DNA of 52,633 nucleotides from Acidimicrobiales bacterium (GTDB lineage Bacteria > Actinomycetota > Acidimicrobiia > Acidimicrobiales > RAAP-2), in assembly GCA_036511575.1 (NCBI GenBank), contig DATCCA010000149.1:1-52633 (forward strand). The letters run 5' to 3'. This document shows, one piece after another, positions 39,185 through 49,550 of this stretch. How positions within the stretch are numbered: position 1 is the first letter of the stretch; each line of letters opens with the position of its first letter. Made by a program: the position numbers and the translations under genes. Below the pieces are notes generated by a model. The model made no database searches. It was not told where the DNA came from and was given only the letters and a program-made list of their open reading frames with translations.

Positions 39185-40552
39185 TTAAATTTCTCGAGCC
39201 TCGGCGACATTGTCAAATCTGGCAAACTCGCCGCGCCACGTGAGGTGGGCGTTGCGCGTCGGGCCGTTACGGTTCTTACCGACGATGATCTCGGCCTCGG
39301 CCTTCTTATCGTTCGCCACCTCGCCGTACTGTTCGGGGCGATAGATGAACAACACCACGTCGGCGTCCTGCTCCAGCGAGCCGGACTCGCGCAGGTCCGA
39401 CATCATTGGCCGTTTGTCGGAGCGGTCCTCGAGTTTTCGTGAGAGTTGCGAAAGGGCAATGACGGGACACTGCAGTTCGCGAGCCAGGATCTTGAGCGAC
39501 CGGCTCATGTCCGATACCTCGACCTGGCGATTCTCGGAGCGACCTCTCGAACTCATGAGTTGCAAGTAGTCAATGATGACGACGCCCAGGTCACCGTTCT
39601 GCTGACGGATCCGTCGCGCCCGTGCTCGCACGTCCATGACGGTGAGTGCGGGATTGTCGTCAATGAAGACTTTCGCTGACTGCAAGTAGCCGAAGGCATC
39701 GTGCGCCCGGTTCCAGTCGCCGTCACTGAGGTCGCCGGTGCGCAACTTCGACGAGTCAATGCGCGCCGTCGACGCGAGAATCCTCTCGGCTAACTCCTGA
39801 CGGCTCATCTCGAGTGAGAAGAACAGCGCCGGCCGTTTCACGACGGCGCCAACGTGGATGAGTATGCCGAGGGCGAAGGCCGTCTTACCGGTCCCCGGTC
39901 GGGCGCCCACGATCGTCATGCTGCTCGGTTGCAGTCCTTGAAGAATGAGGTCGAGTGACTTGTAGCCCGTCTCGAGGCCATTGATTCGTCCTCTGGTCTC
40001 GCCACGCTGTTCGAGGATGTCGGCCTCGCTGAGCAGTAGTCGCTGCAACGGAGAGACCGAGTCGGTTCGCCCGGCGTCACCAATGGCGTTGATTTTTCGC
40101 TCCGCCTCATCGATGAGACCGACGACGTCCTCGGTGGCGACGTAGGCATCGTCAACGATCTCGCCGGCGATTGCAATGAGGCGGCGCTGTTGCGCCTTCT
40201 CGCGAACCAACTCGGCGTAGTGCTGCGCATTCGAAGCCGACGGCGTGTTCATCTGTAGCGACGACAGCAACGCGAGCTCAACCGCGACCGCACCACGCTC
40301 TTGCAACTTCGCCTGCACCGTCACGTAGTCAACCGGTTCACCGGCGTTCGCGAGTGCGATGATCGAGGCAAAAATCTGTCCGTGCAGCGGGCGGTAGAAG
40401 TCCTCTGCTTGCACGGTCTCGTACGCAACAGAGACCGCTTCGGGCGAAAGGAGCATGGCGCCGATCAACGACTCCTCGGCTTCGATCGCACTCGGAGGAA
40501 TGCGACCGCCGCCTGGGGCTTGTCGTGTTCGTTCCGATTCAATCTGCGTCAT
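39185..40552 (-). CDS. dnaB: Replicative DNA helicase, no intein
   Basis: ARPGTGKT, FSLEMS, IDYLQL, SQLSR, DLRESGSLEQDAD and KNRNGP motifs. Confidence 0.97.
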   Translation of the reverse strand: MTQIESERTRQAPGGGRIPPSAIEAEESLIGAMLLSPEAVSVAYETVQAEDFYRPLHGQIFASIIALANAGEPVDYVTVQAKLQERGAVAVELALLSSLQMNTPSASNAQHYAELVREKAQQRRLIAIAGEIVDDAYVATEDVVGLIDEAERKINAIGDAGRTDSVSPLQRLLLSEADILEQRGETRGRINGLETGYKSLDLILQGLQPSSMTIVGARPGTGKTAFALGILIHVGAVVKRPALFFSLEMSRQELAERILASTARIDSSKLRTGDLSDGDWNRAHDAFGYLQSAKVFIDDNPALTVMDVRARARRIRQQNGDLGVVIIDYLQLMSSRGRSENRQVEVSDMSRSLKILARELQCPVIALSQLSRKLEDRSDKRPMMSDLRESGSLEQDADVVLFIYRPEQYGEVANDKKAEAEIIVGKNRNGPTRNAHLTWRGEFARFDNVAEAREI

Positions 40553-40600
40553 AAGACCTCAATGGTCGCTCGGTTGGTCTGTTTGTAACGAGAACAACAA

Positions 40601-40623
40601 GGTGGGGAAATACCTGTGCACAA
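40601..40623 (-). promoter_or_regulatory. DnaA-box-like pair upstream of dnaB
   Basis: The minus strand reads TTGTGCACA (40615-40623) and TTCCCCACC (40601-40609). Confidence 0.45.
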
Positions 40624-40660
40624 TTGCCACGCGCTTGATGATTTCATCGCGGTGTGACAT

Positions 40661-40694
40661 CGAAAACGCCGAGACCAAAGTCCCGGCGTTCTCG
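40661..40694 (-). terminator. Intrinsic terminator after rplI
   Basis: Minus strand GAGAACGCCGGGAC-TTTG-GTCTCGGCGTTTTC. Confidence 0.75.
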
Positions 40695-40712
40695 CGTGCA
40701 ATAAAACTTGAA

Positions 40713-41159
40713 CTATTTCGCGACGATCTCCACGTTGAGCGTTGCCTCAACACCATCGAACAGAGTTGCCGACGCCGTTGCGGTACCGACCTCTTTCAGG
40801 TGCTCGGCCATGTGAATGACGTGGCGGTCGAGCGAGATACCCGTCGCCGTACGAAGTGCGTTCACGAGGTCCGCCTCGGTGACCGAACCGAACAGTCGGC
40901 CGTTCGCGCTGGCGCGCGCACCGATGGTGAGTGTCTGCTGCTCGATCAACGTCTTCTGCGTCTCGGCAGCCTCACGACTTGCGGCGTCACGAAGGTCGCG
41001 TCCCCGACGCATTGCCGCTGCTTGCACCTCTGAACTGTCGCTCGCCACGAGTGCCGAGCCCGACGGCAGGAGGAAATTGCGTGCGTAGCCGGCCTTCACG
41101 TCGACGATGTCGCCACGGCGGCCAACGCCGCGGACGTCGTTGCGCAGGAGAATCTTCAT
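40713..41159 (-). CDS. rplI: 50S ribosomal protein L9
   Basis: GYARNFL and LFGSVT motifs; operon context. Confidence 0.97.
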   Translation of the reverse strand: MKILLRNDVRGVGRRGDIVDVKAGYARNFLLPSGSALVASDSSEVQAAAMRRGRDLRDAASREAAETQKTLIEQQTLTIGARASANGRLFGSVTEADLVNALRTATGISLDRHVIHMAEHLKEVGTATASATLFDGVEATLNVEIVAK

Positions 41160-41617
41160 TCGCTGACCTCCTCGACCAGAGCACTCTCGAACGTCTCGGC
41201 GGCAACGCCGGCGTCGAGTTCTAAGTCGACCTCGGCTGACTCGGCGACCGCACTGTCTGCAGCAGGGCGAGCGCTCGGTCCGTCACTTCGCGGTCCACGA
41301 GGGCCTCGGTCGTCACGGTTACCGCGTCCACCGCGACGCTCGGTCACGGTGCGCTGCGTGTACGGAAGCAGGGCAAGTTCACGAGCCGTCTTGATCGCGT
41401 CGGTGACGTCACGCTGGTGCTGCTGGCAGTTACCCGAGACCTTGCGGCCACGGATCTTGCCGCGGTCCGAGATGTACTTGCGCAGCTGTGCGAGGTCCTT
41501 GTAGTCAACCGTGGCGACGCCGTGCTGACAGAAGGAGCAGGGCTTCTTTTTCGCACCGCGACGAGTGTCGATTTTTGGCGCGCGCTTTGGCGGCTTGGGA
41601 TTATTAATACGTGGCAT
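41156..41617 (-). CDS. rpsR: 30S ribosomal protein S18 (Cys-containing form, long C-terminal tail)
   Basis: CSFC, DYKD, SDRGKI, C..HQR and AR..ALLPY motifs. Confidence 0.96.
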   Translation of the reverse strand: MPRINNPKPPKRAPKIDTRRGAKKKPCSFCQHGVATVDYKDLAQLRKYISDRGKIRGRKVSGNCQQHQRDVTDAIKTARELALLPYTQRTVTERRGGRGNRDDRGPRGPRSDGPSARPAADSAVAESAEVDLELDAGVAAETFESALVEEVSE

Positions 41618-42075
41618 TAGAAGGGCTCCTCGTCAAAGGCGTAGGTACTGGCGGGTTCGTTCGAGCGTGGTGCGGCCGCCGGGCGGTCGCTTGATTGGAA
41701 GTTGCTGCCTTCGGCGCGCGGGGTTCGGGTGACAACGGCGGTCGCCCACTTGAGGCTCGGTCCGATCTCGTCGGCGTTGATCTCAACGATCGAACGCTTG
41801 TCGCCGTTCTCGGTCTCCCAACTGCGCTGCTCGAGACGTCCGCTCACGATGACTCGCGCGCCCTTGGTAAGCGAATTCGCAGCGTTCTCGGCCATTGCGC
41901 CGTAGCCCACGATCTCGAAGTACGAGACGCGCTCTTCCCACTCTTGGGTCTGGCGGTTCTGCCAGCGGCGATTGACGGCGATCGAGAGGCGAAGCGCCGC
42001 CTGACCGCTGTTAAGGAATTTCAGTTCAGGGTCGCGAGTGACGTTCCCCACGACGGTGATTGCATTGTCGGCCAT
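41617..42075 (-). CDS. ssb: Single-stranded DNA-binding protein
   Basis: [18 protein letters not shown] and C-terminal DEEPF. Confidence 0.97.
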   Translation of the reverse strand: MADNAITVVGNVTRDPELKFLNSGQAALRLSIAVNRRWQNRQTQEWEERVSYFEIVGYGAMAENAANSLTKGARVIVSGRLEQRSWETENGDKRSIVEINADEIGPSLKWATAVVTRTPRAEGSNFQSSDRPAAAPRSNEPASTYAFDEEPF

Positions 42076-42107
42076 ATCTATCTCCTTGGATTCTCAGGCG
42101 TCCGAAC

Positions 42108-42428
42108 CTACGCCTGGGCCGTGACACGGCTGGCGGTCGGCTTTTCTTGGCGACGAAGAATCTTGTAGCGGAGGACTTCGTCCGACAGAGTCAGAATGCG
42201 GTTCAGTTCGACGACCGTCGTCGATTCACCCGCGAACTCCACCAAGACGTAGTAGCCCTCTTTGCGCTTGTTGATCTCGTACGCCAAGGGACGCTTGCCC
42301 CAACGGTCGATGGCGCCAGGGTTTCCACCATTGGTGCGGATGGTCTCCAACGCTCGGTCAAGAGCGATCTGGATGGACTGCGCGTCGACGGCCGTGTCGA
42401 ACACGATCATTGTTTCGTAAGGCCTCAT
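42108..42428 (-). CDS. rpsF: 30S ribosomal protein S6
   Basis: MRPYE and WGKR.LAYEI...EG.Y motifs; start at ATG 42428. Confidence 0.96.
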   Translation of the reverse strand: MRPYETMIVFDTAVDAQSIQIALDRALETIRTNGGNPGAIDRWGKRPLAYEINKRKEGYYVLVEFAGESTTVVELNRILTLSDEVLRYKILRRQEKPTASRVTAQA

Positions 42429-42433
42429 GGCCG

Positions 42434-42492
42434 ATTTCCTTTCCCTCTGGTCCGGCGAAGCCGGGCTCTGCGGAAAACAGAGCAGGGTATGT
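42434..42492 (-). ncRNA. Probable S6:S18 ribosomal protein leader
   Basis: CCCTG...hairpins (GCTCTG/CAGAGC, CCGGC-TTC-GCCGG)...ACCAGAGGG immediately 5' of rpsF, with pairing near the SD. Confidence 0.55.
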
Positions 42493-42564
42493 GGCACTTC
42501 TCCACGCTTGTGGAACGACAATCGTAGTCGAATCGAGCCCAAAGGGCTAGTCGAGGTACCCGAC

Positions 42565-44850
42565 CTACTCCATTCTCGCGCCTTCTGGACGCGTTGCGCG
42601 ATCGAGCAACGGCAGCGTGGACCCGATCATGGCGAGCGCTCCGAACAATCCGCCACCGACGATGAGGTAGTACGCGAGGCCGGGTGGGCGAAGCGTCTCT
42701 CCCAATTGCGAGCGGAGAAACAGGTCAGACGTAACGAAACCGGTCAGCGCCGAGCCAACGGCGATGACGAGGAGCGGACCGGCCGTTTCGAAGGCGACCA
42801 TGCGCTGGAGCACACTAAGGGGGGCACCACTCAGTCGCATGAGGCTAAAGGGGCGCCGGCGTTCACTCACACCGGCGGCCATGGCGACCGCCAGGCTGCA
42901 GCCAGCGATCAAGAGGCTGGCCAGTATCACGACTTCACTCGTCGTGCGCAGTTCGCTCAGTAGTTGAGAGGCCTTCGCGTTGGCATTGCCAAAGAGACTG
43001 GTCATACTCTCGAATGGGAAGGCGCTATCGAGGACCGTCTCCACGTCGTTGATCGTCGAAACCGAACCGTTGGTGGCGACAGCGATCAACTGTACCGGCA
43101 GCCCCGACAATCCCGCGGTTGGGTGCGCGGTCGGCCACGTGGTCGACGCCGCGATGGTCACGGACTTCGTTATTGGCTCGAAGGCGATGTCATCGCCGAG
43201 CGCCGCGAAGTCGGCCCCCGCGTGACACGTGCCGAGGGCTGGTGTGGTCACCAAGTGAGCGCACGACACCACGCCGTACTGGAGGTCGCCACCGAGATTG
43301 TTGATGTGCGGCACCGCACCATCGATCTTCAAGTGGTTGGGCGCGACATACACAACGGTGATGCCGCGCACGCCACGAATCGATCGCAACGATGACAACA
43401 CCGAGGACGGTACGGCCGGCACTGAGTTGGCCGGGCCGAAGGCAAACTGATCGGTGACCGTCTTGCTCGCGAGGGTGCCCGACGCGGCGCCGTGGTCCGT
43501 GATGATGGTCGAGATCACACCGACCGACACACTCGTGACGAAGATCGCGAGGATGAGTCCGCTCACCGCGCGAAAGGCGCCGCGCGGATTGTCCGACAGG
43601 CGGCGTCCCGCGAGCAGCACCGAGACGCGGCTGGTGCGCCGAGCCATGATCTTCGCGCCCTGCATGGTCAACCATGGTCCCGCGAGCACGAGACCGATCA
43701 TGACCAAGAAGAAACCGAGCACGTACCCCTCGATCTGACCGCCGGAGCTGCCCGGTCGACCCGCGGAGACGAAGTAGGCGAGTTCGACGATGCCAGCAAG
43801 CAGTGGAATGACCCGGTACACCCGTGGCGGTTGCGGCGTCACGCGTCGACTCACTCCGAGCGGCGAGACGTGCACGCGCTCCAGCGCGAAGCGACCTACT
43901 ACGGCTGCGGCACATGGGACACCAATGGCTGCGATGATCGCATCGATCCACCCGATCGAGAGGTCGCCAGACTCCAGGGACTGTCCAGCGAAGGGGACGT
44001 GGACCAGCAAGGGCGCGGCCGCGAGATAGAGCCCGAAACCTATGACGACGCCCGCGATCGCCGCGACCAACGCCTCCACCGTGGCGATCACCGTCACCTG
44101 TCGCATCGTCGCACCGGCGAGGCGTATCGCGGCAAGTCGTTGCTCACGGCGAGCGGCCGAAAGTCGCATCGACGCGCCGATGAAGACGAGGACCGGGAAG
44201 AGGAGCACGAGGGCGAGCACGGCGAGGATTATCTGCAGTCCGGTGGTGCCTGACGAGTCGGGACCACCACTCCCTGACGACGTGACGAAGCTCGTGATGG
44301 TGCCCGCCCCGGCAATTTTCGACAATGTCTTCGCACGCTGACCGACGACAATGACGAGGTCCTTAGGTGATGGCAGCGCTGCCGACCCGATCGTGCCGAT
44401 CTCTGTACCGGCGAATCGGTTGCCCAATTGTGCCGTCGGCGTCGTGTTCAACAACGTGGCCAGGGCCGGCGACGCGTAGTACTGACCGGGTCCAGGTAGA
44501 TGCGCAATGCCAGGCGGGACCAATGCGTTATGTCCCGTCGACGCGACGTCGACGCGAACGACGAGTTGACCTTCGAAATCCTGGGAACTGACGATCCACC
44601 AAATCGGCGCGGACGCTGCCGGCGCCGTTACTTGCGGTCCACGATGACCGAAGTGTGGGTTGCCGACCTCCACCGACGGCGTGGTTGCCATCCATGCCCC
44701 GCGAGCGTTCTGCCTGCCCAGCCCGTTGATCGTGGCCATCGTCAAGAGGAGCATCGCCACTCCGACCGACACGGCGAGCGCCATGACGACGAGTCGGGTC
44801 ATCGACTCCTTCCCGCCACGCGTAGTGAGGCGAAGGCCGAAACGAATCAT
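42565..44850 (-). CDS. FtsX/MacB-like ABC permease
   Basis: Two FtsX-like repeats (RREQRLAAIRLAGAT; ERRR.F..MRL.GA). Confidence 0.9.
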   Translation of the reverse strand: MIRFGLRLTTRGGKESMTRLVVMALAVSVGVAMLLLTMATINGLGRQNARGAWMATTPSVEVGNPHFGHRGPQVTAPAASAPIWWIVSSQDFEGQLVVRVDVASTGHNALVPPGIAHLPGPGQYYASPALATLLNTTPTAQLGNRFAGTEIGTIGSAALPSPKDLVIVVGQRAKTLSKIAGAGTITSFVTSSGSGGPDSSGTTGLQIILAVLALVLLFPVLVFIGASMRLSAARREQRLAAIRLAGATMRQVTVIATVEALVAAIAGVVIGFGLYLAAAPLLVHVPFAGQSLESGDLSIGWIDAIIAAIGVPCAAAVVGRFALERVHVSPLGVSRRVTPQPPRVYRVIPLLAGIVELAYFVSAGRPGSSGGQIEGYVLGFFLVMIGLVLAGPWLTMQGAKIMARRTSRVSVLLAGRRLSDNPRGAFRAVSGLILAIFVTSVSVGVISTIITDHGAASGTLASKTVTDQFAFGPANSVPAVPSSVLSSLRSIRGVRGITVVYVAPNHLKIDGAVPHINNLGGDLQYGVVSCAHLVTTPALGTCHAGADFAALGDDIAFEPITKSVTIAASTTWPTAHPTAGLSGLPVQLIAVATNGSVSTINDVETVLDSAFPFESMTSLFGNANAKASQLLSELRTTSEVVILASLLIAGCSLAVAMAAGVSERRRPFSLMRLSGAPLSVLQRMVAFETAGPLLVIAVGSALTGFVTSDLFLRSQLGETLRPPGLAYYLIVGGGLFGALAMIGSTLPLLDRATRPEGARME

Positions 44851-45569
44851 GTCGAGGTGGCGTGGTCGTTGAGTGAAGTGACGAGTCCGTCGCGGACCAC
44901 CACTTCACGATCGGCGTAGGCGGCGACTCGTGGCTCGTGGGTCACCAAGACGACGGTCGTGCCGTCGTCACGGGCCGCAGTCACGAGGAGCTCCATGACG
45001 ACTTCGCCGGTGAAGGAGTCGAGCGAGCCCGTCGGTTCGTCAGCGAACAGTATTTTTGGACGGGCGACGAGTCCGCGCGCCAGAGCGACACGTTGTGCCT
45101 GCCCACCAGAGAGTTCACCTGAGCGGCGACGCTCGAGACCGCCGATTCCAAGACGTTCGAACCACTCGCGCGCGTGTACGATCGCGTCATTTCGTCGCAT
45201 GCCACTGAGAAGAAGAGGGAGTGCGACATTCTCTTCGGCCGTGAGTTCCGGCACCAACTGTCCAAACTGGAAGACGAAACCAAAGGTGTCTCGTCGCAAG
45301 GTACTGCGCTCATCCTCAGACATCGTGTCGATGCGTTGTCCAGAGAGACGAATCTCGCCTCTTTTGGGTACGAGAATTCCCGCGAGGCAGTGCAGGAGTG
45401 TCGATTTACCAGAACCGCTCGGACCCATGACCGCGAGAATCTCTCCTTCGCGGATCGACACGTTGGCCCCACGCAGTGCAGGTGTCTCGCCAAAGTCGTA
45501 GGCCACGTCGATGGCTTGGATCAACGTAGCTGTTGGGCGCACGTCGGACGCGACCAGTTCAACGCTCAC
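44847..45569 (-). CDS. ABC ATP-binding protein (LolD/MacB type)
   Basis: GPSGSGKS, LSGGQ, ADEPTG and VTH motifs. Confidence 0.95.
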   Translation of the reverse strand: MSVELVASDVRPTATLIQAIDVAYDFGETPALRGANVSIREGEILAVMGPSGSGKSTLLHCLAGILVPKRGEIRLSGQRIDTMSEDERSTLRRDTFGFVFQFGQLVPELTAEENVALPLLLSGMRRNDAIVHAREWFERLGIGGLERRRSGELSGGQAQRVALARGLVARPKILFADEPTGSLDSFTGEVVMELLVTAARDDGTTVVLVTHEPRVAAYADREVVVRDGLVTSLNDHATST

Positions 45570-46090
45570 GATGTCACCGCCGCGGCCAACGAAGGAAGTC
45601 GGGCCGCGGTCATGTCAATCCAGCGCAAATCAGCTTCAAGATGAAAGAGGCCGTGATCGGCGAGAAGTACGTCAATGAGGCTGCCTGCTCGTTTCACTTC
45701 CGTCAACGAACGCATCCGCTGCAAGTGGGCGGCGCGCTGCGTATCCAAATACTTCTCGGCGGATCGACCGAGCATCAATGCCAAGACGACCTTCGAGAAA
45801 AGAATCGTCTGGAGGTGCGGTTCTGGTTCGACCGGTTCGCCGAGCCAAGTCTCGAACTCCTCTCTTCCTTCCGGCGTTATCGCGTAGCGCTTTCGGTCCG
45901 GTCCGTCACCGGGCTCCGCCTCGCCCGGCACGACCTTCCCGTCACGTGACAGTCGTGCCAGGGTGGCGTACACCTGGCCGAAGGGCAACGGCTTCGAGCG
46001 ACCGAAATAGCTGTCGTAGTCGCGCTTCAGGTCATAGCCGTGGCTCGGTTCTCGTTCGAGGAGACCGAGCAAGGTGAAAGGAACACTCAT
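45566..46090 (-). CDS. PadR family regulator
   Basis: HGYDLK, GQVYATL.RL, RKRY.IT and EADLRW motifs; an upstream palindrome at 46101-46119 is the probable operator. Confidence 0.92.
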   Translation of the reverse strand: MSVPFTLLGLLEREPSHGYDLKRDYDSYFGRSKPLPFGQVYATLARLSRDGKVVPGEAEPGDGPDRKRYAITPEGREEFETWLGEPVEPEPHLQTILFSKVVLALMLGRSAEKYLDTQRAAHLQRMRSLTEVKRAGSLIDVLLADHGLFHLEADLRWIDMTAARLPSLAAAVTS

Positions 46091-46255
46091 GGAGATGAGA
46101 ATACACTGAGAGTATACTCCGCGCAAGTAGTGACACGGCTCGAGGTATCTTTACCTCATCATCCCTGATAAATGGCGGTGTTTGAAGTTAGGTCGAAACT
46201 GAACCTCGAGGCCTGTGAAATTTTGAATCGACGAACCGAAACGCGACGAGCGTCC

Positions 46256-47077
46256 CTATTCCAAAAGTCCCTCGGGATTGGGATACGCCTCGTCGGCGCT
46301 GGGGAACGCGCCGCTTCGCACGTCGGCGGCGAAGTGCGCAATCGCGTCGGTGATCACTGGACCCAAGTCGGCGTACTGGCGAACGAATTTGGCCGGCTTT
46401 CGACTGGTGAGACCCAGCAGGTCGTGGAAGACCAGCACCTGGCCGTCGGTGTCGGGTCCGGCGCCGATGCCGATCGTGGGGATGTCGAGTGCCTGGGTGA
46501 CGTTCGTTCCGACGACACTGGGCACGCCTTCGATCACGATGGCGAATACTCCCTCGTCTTGGAGGAGTTGGGCGTCCTCGATGAGGAGCTTGGCACTCTC
46601 CAACGTCTTGGCCTGGACCTTGAAGCCGCCGAAGGCCATGACGCTTTGGGGGGTGAGGCCCAAGTGACCCATGACGGGGATCTGTGCGTCGAGCAACGCG
46701 CGCACGACGCCTTGGCGTACTCGGCCGCCTTCGAGTTTGACGCTGTCGGCTCCGCTTCGAATTAACTTGGCGGCGTTTCGAACGCTCTCGCCGAGGTCGA
46801 CGTGGTAACTCAACCACGGCATGTCGGCGACGACATGCGCGTCGGGTTTGGCCGCGGCCACCGCGCGTACGTGATGACACATCTCGTCGATGCTGAGGTG
46901 CAGCGTGTTCTCCTGGCCGAGCACGACGTTGGCCAGCGAGTCACCGACGAGGATCAGATCGACACCGGCCGCCGAGGCGAGACGAGCTCCCGGCTCGTCA
47001 TAGGCGGTGACCATGACGAGGGGTGCCGAACCACTGCGGCGCTTGCGGCCCCGGATGACCGGTGCGCTCAGGCTCAT
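46256..47077 (-). CDS. panB: 3-methyl-2-oxobutanoate hydroxymethyltransferase
   Basis: TAYD, LVGDSL, VKLEGG, GHLGLTPQ, GIGAG and DGQVLV motifs. Confidence 0.96.
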   Translation of the reverse strand: MSLSAPVIRGRKRRSGSAPLVMVTAYDEPGARLASAAGVDLILVGDSLANVVLGQENTLHLSIDEMCHHVRAVAAAKPDAHVVADMPWLSYHVDLGESVRNAAKLIRSGADSVKLEGGRVRQGVVRALLDAQIPVMGHLGLTPQSVMAFGGFKVQAKTLESAKLLIEDAQLLQDEGVFAIVIEGVPSVVGTNVTQALDIPTIGIGAGPDTDGQVLVFHDLLGLTSRKPAKFVRQYADLGPVITDAIAHFAADVRSGAFPSADEAYPNPEGLLE

Positions 47078-47502
47078 TCGCCGACTTCCTTACGCTCCAT
47101 GGCGTTAACCCTACGGGCGCGGCGCCCTCCGGCGGCCCACTTGCGAACTAGGTGGTGGAACGAGCATCCGACACAGACTTCCACGGCGTAACACTGGACG
47201 GGCTCCTCGCGACGCTCGAGTTTCAAGAGTTCGGCGCGCGACATCGGACACGTTCCTCCCGACGGCAACCTCGCACCAAAGACGTAGGTCACTTCGACGA
47301 GTTCGACGTCCGAGCAGACCGGACACGTTTCGCCCGTTCGACGCCCGAGGTTCTTCGCCGCTCGCAACAGTTCGGGGTGGGCGTCACATATGTCTTCGTA
47401 ACGAAGGAGGCCCGCGGCAACCCTGGCCAACAGTGCGTGGCGAACTAGACCGAACTCGACCACTGCCCCGTCGGCGGTACTCGTGCGGAAGCGCTTATCC
47501 AT
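47074..47502 (-). CDS. DUF5318 family protein (Rv0049-like)
   Basis: CDAHP.LLRAA...G, CPVC and Y.VEVC..C..HHL motifs; divergent from padR-ino1. Confidence 0.85.
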   Translation of the reverse strand: MDKRFRTSTADGAVVEFGLVRHALLARVAAGLLRYEDICDAHPELLRAAKNLGRRTGETCPVCSDVELVEVTYVFGARLPSGGTCPMSRAELLKLERREEPVQCYAVEVCVGCSFHHLVRKWAAGGRRARRVNAMERKEVGE

Positions 47503-47554
47503 TACGGGTGACACTACAAGCCAATCCTGACTTGATAAATGACACCTAGTCACG

Positions 47555-47568
47555 TTCGATATATCGAA
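47555..47568. promoter_or_regulatory. PadR-type operator palindrome TTCGATATATCGAA
   Basis: Perfect 14-bp palindrome 8 nt before the padR start; same core as 12134-12143. Confidence 0.7.
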
Positions 47569-47576
47569 GTGATACT

Positions 47577-48197
47577 ATGTTTCGCGTGTTAGACATTGCC
47601 ATCCTGGGCCTCCTCATGGACCGTGACCATCACGGCTACGAAATACGCCTACAACTGCGCGAACGACTCGGTATCTGGGCAAATGTTTCCTTCGGATCGA
47701 TCTATCCGGCGCTCGCGCGTCTCGAACGACAAGGCTGCGTCGAAGCGGTAATGCCGAGTGACGGTCGCCTGAGCGCGCTGTCGACCGGCTCACTTTCGGG
47801 TGAGCGCGCCTCGCTTCGCTCCTTGCGTTCGTCGCCCGGTATCGGACGACGTGGTCGCAAGGTCTATCGGATTACCGACCGTGGTCGTCAAGAGTTCGTT
47901 TCGCTGTTGGCCGACCCCGCGACGCTCGACGACAGCAAGAACTTCTCACTTCGCATGGCACTCGCCCAGTACCTGACGCCCAACGGTCGCGTCGGACTGC
48001 TCGAGCGTCGGCGCGCCGATCTCGTTGCCCGTCTGGCGGAAGTCCGAGCCGGCGCACACAACGAACAACTCGATTCCTACGCCCGCGGTGTCATGGAGCA
48101 CGCGGCCCAAGGTGTCGAGCTGGACCTCGCGTGGATTGACAACTTGTTGTCCGCCGAACGAAGTAACCAAGAGTCCTTCGCGCACGACGCGAAGTAA
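47577..48197 (+). CDS. PadR family regulator (Rv0047c-like) upstream of ino1
   Basis: HGYEIR, SFGSIYPAL and RKVY.IT motifs. Confidence 0.92.
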   Translation: MFRVLDIAILGLLMDRDHHGYEIRLQLRERLGIWANVSFGSIYPALARLERQGCVEAVMPSDGRLSALSTGSLSGERASLRSLRSSPGIGRRGRKVYRITDRGRQEFVSLLADPATLDDSKNFSLRMALAQYLTPNGRVGLLERRRADLVARLAEVRAGAHNEQLDSYARGVMEHAAQGVELDLAWIDNLLSAERSNQESFAHDAK

Positions 48198-48209
48198 GAA
48201 AGGAGAGCT

Positions 48210-49442
48210 ATGGAAAAGATTCGCGTGGCTATTGCTGGCGTCGGAAACTGTGCCAGTTCACTCATCCAGGGCGTCACCTATTACAAGAACGCCAATCCGG
48301 CCGACGATGTGCCGGGCCTCATGCACGTCATGCTCGGTGGCTACCACGTCAGTGACCTCGAGTTCGTGGCCGCCTTTGACGTCGACGCCTCCAAAGTCGG
48401 CAGCGACCTGAGCAAAGCAATCGACGGCGGACAGAACAACACAATCAAGTTCGCCGAGGTCCCCGCGATCGGCGTAACGGTCCAACGTGGCCCGACGATG
48501 GACGGTCTCAACAAGTACTACCACGCGATGATCGAGGAGTCACCAGCTGAATCCGTCGACGTGACCCAGGTCCTGCGTGACAGCCGGGCCCAAGTCTTCG
48601 TCTCCTATCTTCCCGTGGGATCAGACGACGCCCAGCGTTACTACGCCCAGTGCGCACTCGACGCAGGCGTCGCCTTCGTCAACGCCATACCGGTTTTCAT
48701 TGCCTCAGACCCGGTCTGGGCCAAGAAGTTCGCCGACGCCGGCGTGCCGATCATCGGTGACGACATCAAGAGCCAGGTCGGTGCCACCATTGTCCACCGT
48801 GTGCTCGCCCGCCTCTTTGAGGACCGCGGTCTCACCCTCGACCACACCTACCAACTGAACGTTGGCGGCAACATGGACTTCAAGAACATGCTCGAGCGCG
48901 AACGCCTCGAGTCCAAGAAGATCTCCAAGACGCAGGCAGTTACGAGTCAACTCGAAATCAGCAATATGGACCCCGACGATGTTCACATTGGGCCGAGCGA
49001 CCACGTGCCGTGGTTGAAGGACCGCAAGTGGGCCTACATCCGCATGGAGGGACGCAACTTCGGTGACGTGCCCCTCAACGTCGAGCTCAAGCTCGAGGTC
49101 TGGGACTCGCCGAACTCAGCGGGCGTGATCATTGATGCCGTGCGCTGCGCCAAGGTCGCCCTGGACCGCGGAATCGGTGGTCCCATCATCGGACCGGCGG
49201 CGTACTTCATGAAGTCGCCTCCAATTCAGTTCCACGACGACGTTGCCCACGACATGGTCGAGGCATTTGCCGACCGTGGCGCGGAGAACATCGTGTGGCC
49301 GAGCGCGGACGTTCTCGAAGAAGCCCTCGCTGACATCGAGGTCGTGGTCGAATCTGAAATCGATTCCGACGTCACGATGCACGTGGTCTCGCCCACCCGG
49401 GCGACGCCCGGTGCATCTGACACCCTCTTTACGCGGGGCTAA
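48210..49442 (+). CDS. ino1: Myo-inositol-1-phosphate synthase
   Basis: [37 protein letters not shown] and MKSPP motifs. Confidence 0.96.
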   Translation: MEKIRVAIAGVGNCASSLIQGVTYYKNANPADDVPGLMHVMLGGYHVSDLEFVAAFDVDASKVGSDLSKAIDGGQNNTIKFAEVPAIGVTVQRGPTMDGLNKYYHAMIEESPAESVDVTQVLRDSRAQVFVSYLPVGSDDAQRYYAQCALDAGVAFVNAIPVFIASDPVWAKKFADAGVPIIGDDIKSQVGATIVHRVLARLFEDRGLTLDHTYQLNVGGNMDFKNMLERERLESKKISKTQAVTSQLEISNMDPDDVHIGPSDHVPWLKDRKWAYIRMEGRNFGDVPLNVELKLEVWDSPNSAGVIIDAVRCAKVALDRGIGGPIIGPAAYFMKSPPIQFHDDVAHDMVEAFADRGAENIVWPSADVLEEALADIEVVVESEIDSDVTMHVVSPTRATPGASDTLFTRG

Positions 49443-49550
49443 GCACGGCGTTTCGGCGCCGCACATCAGGCCAAGGTGGTCCGACAGGAGTGGACTAACC
49501 CGTCCAAACGCGCTCAGGTAGCCTTCGACTCGGTCCGACTTCGGCCACAA

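Noticed and set aside
39185-40552. Possible intein in DnaB
   Set aside because: The protein is 455 aa with contiguous helicase motifs and no insertion.
46139-46210. CTCGAGGT...ACCTCGAG inverted repeat considered as a MITE remnant
   Set aside because: It is only 8 bp, built on the very common CTCGAG word, with no target-site duplication or second copy seen.
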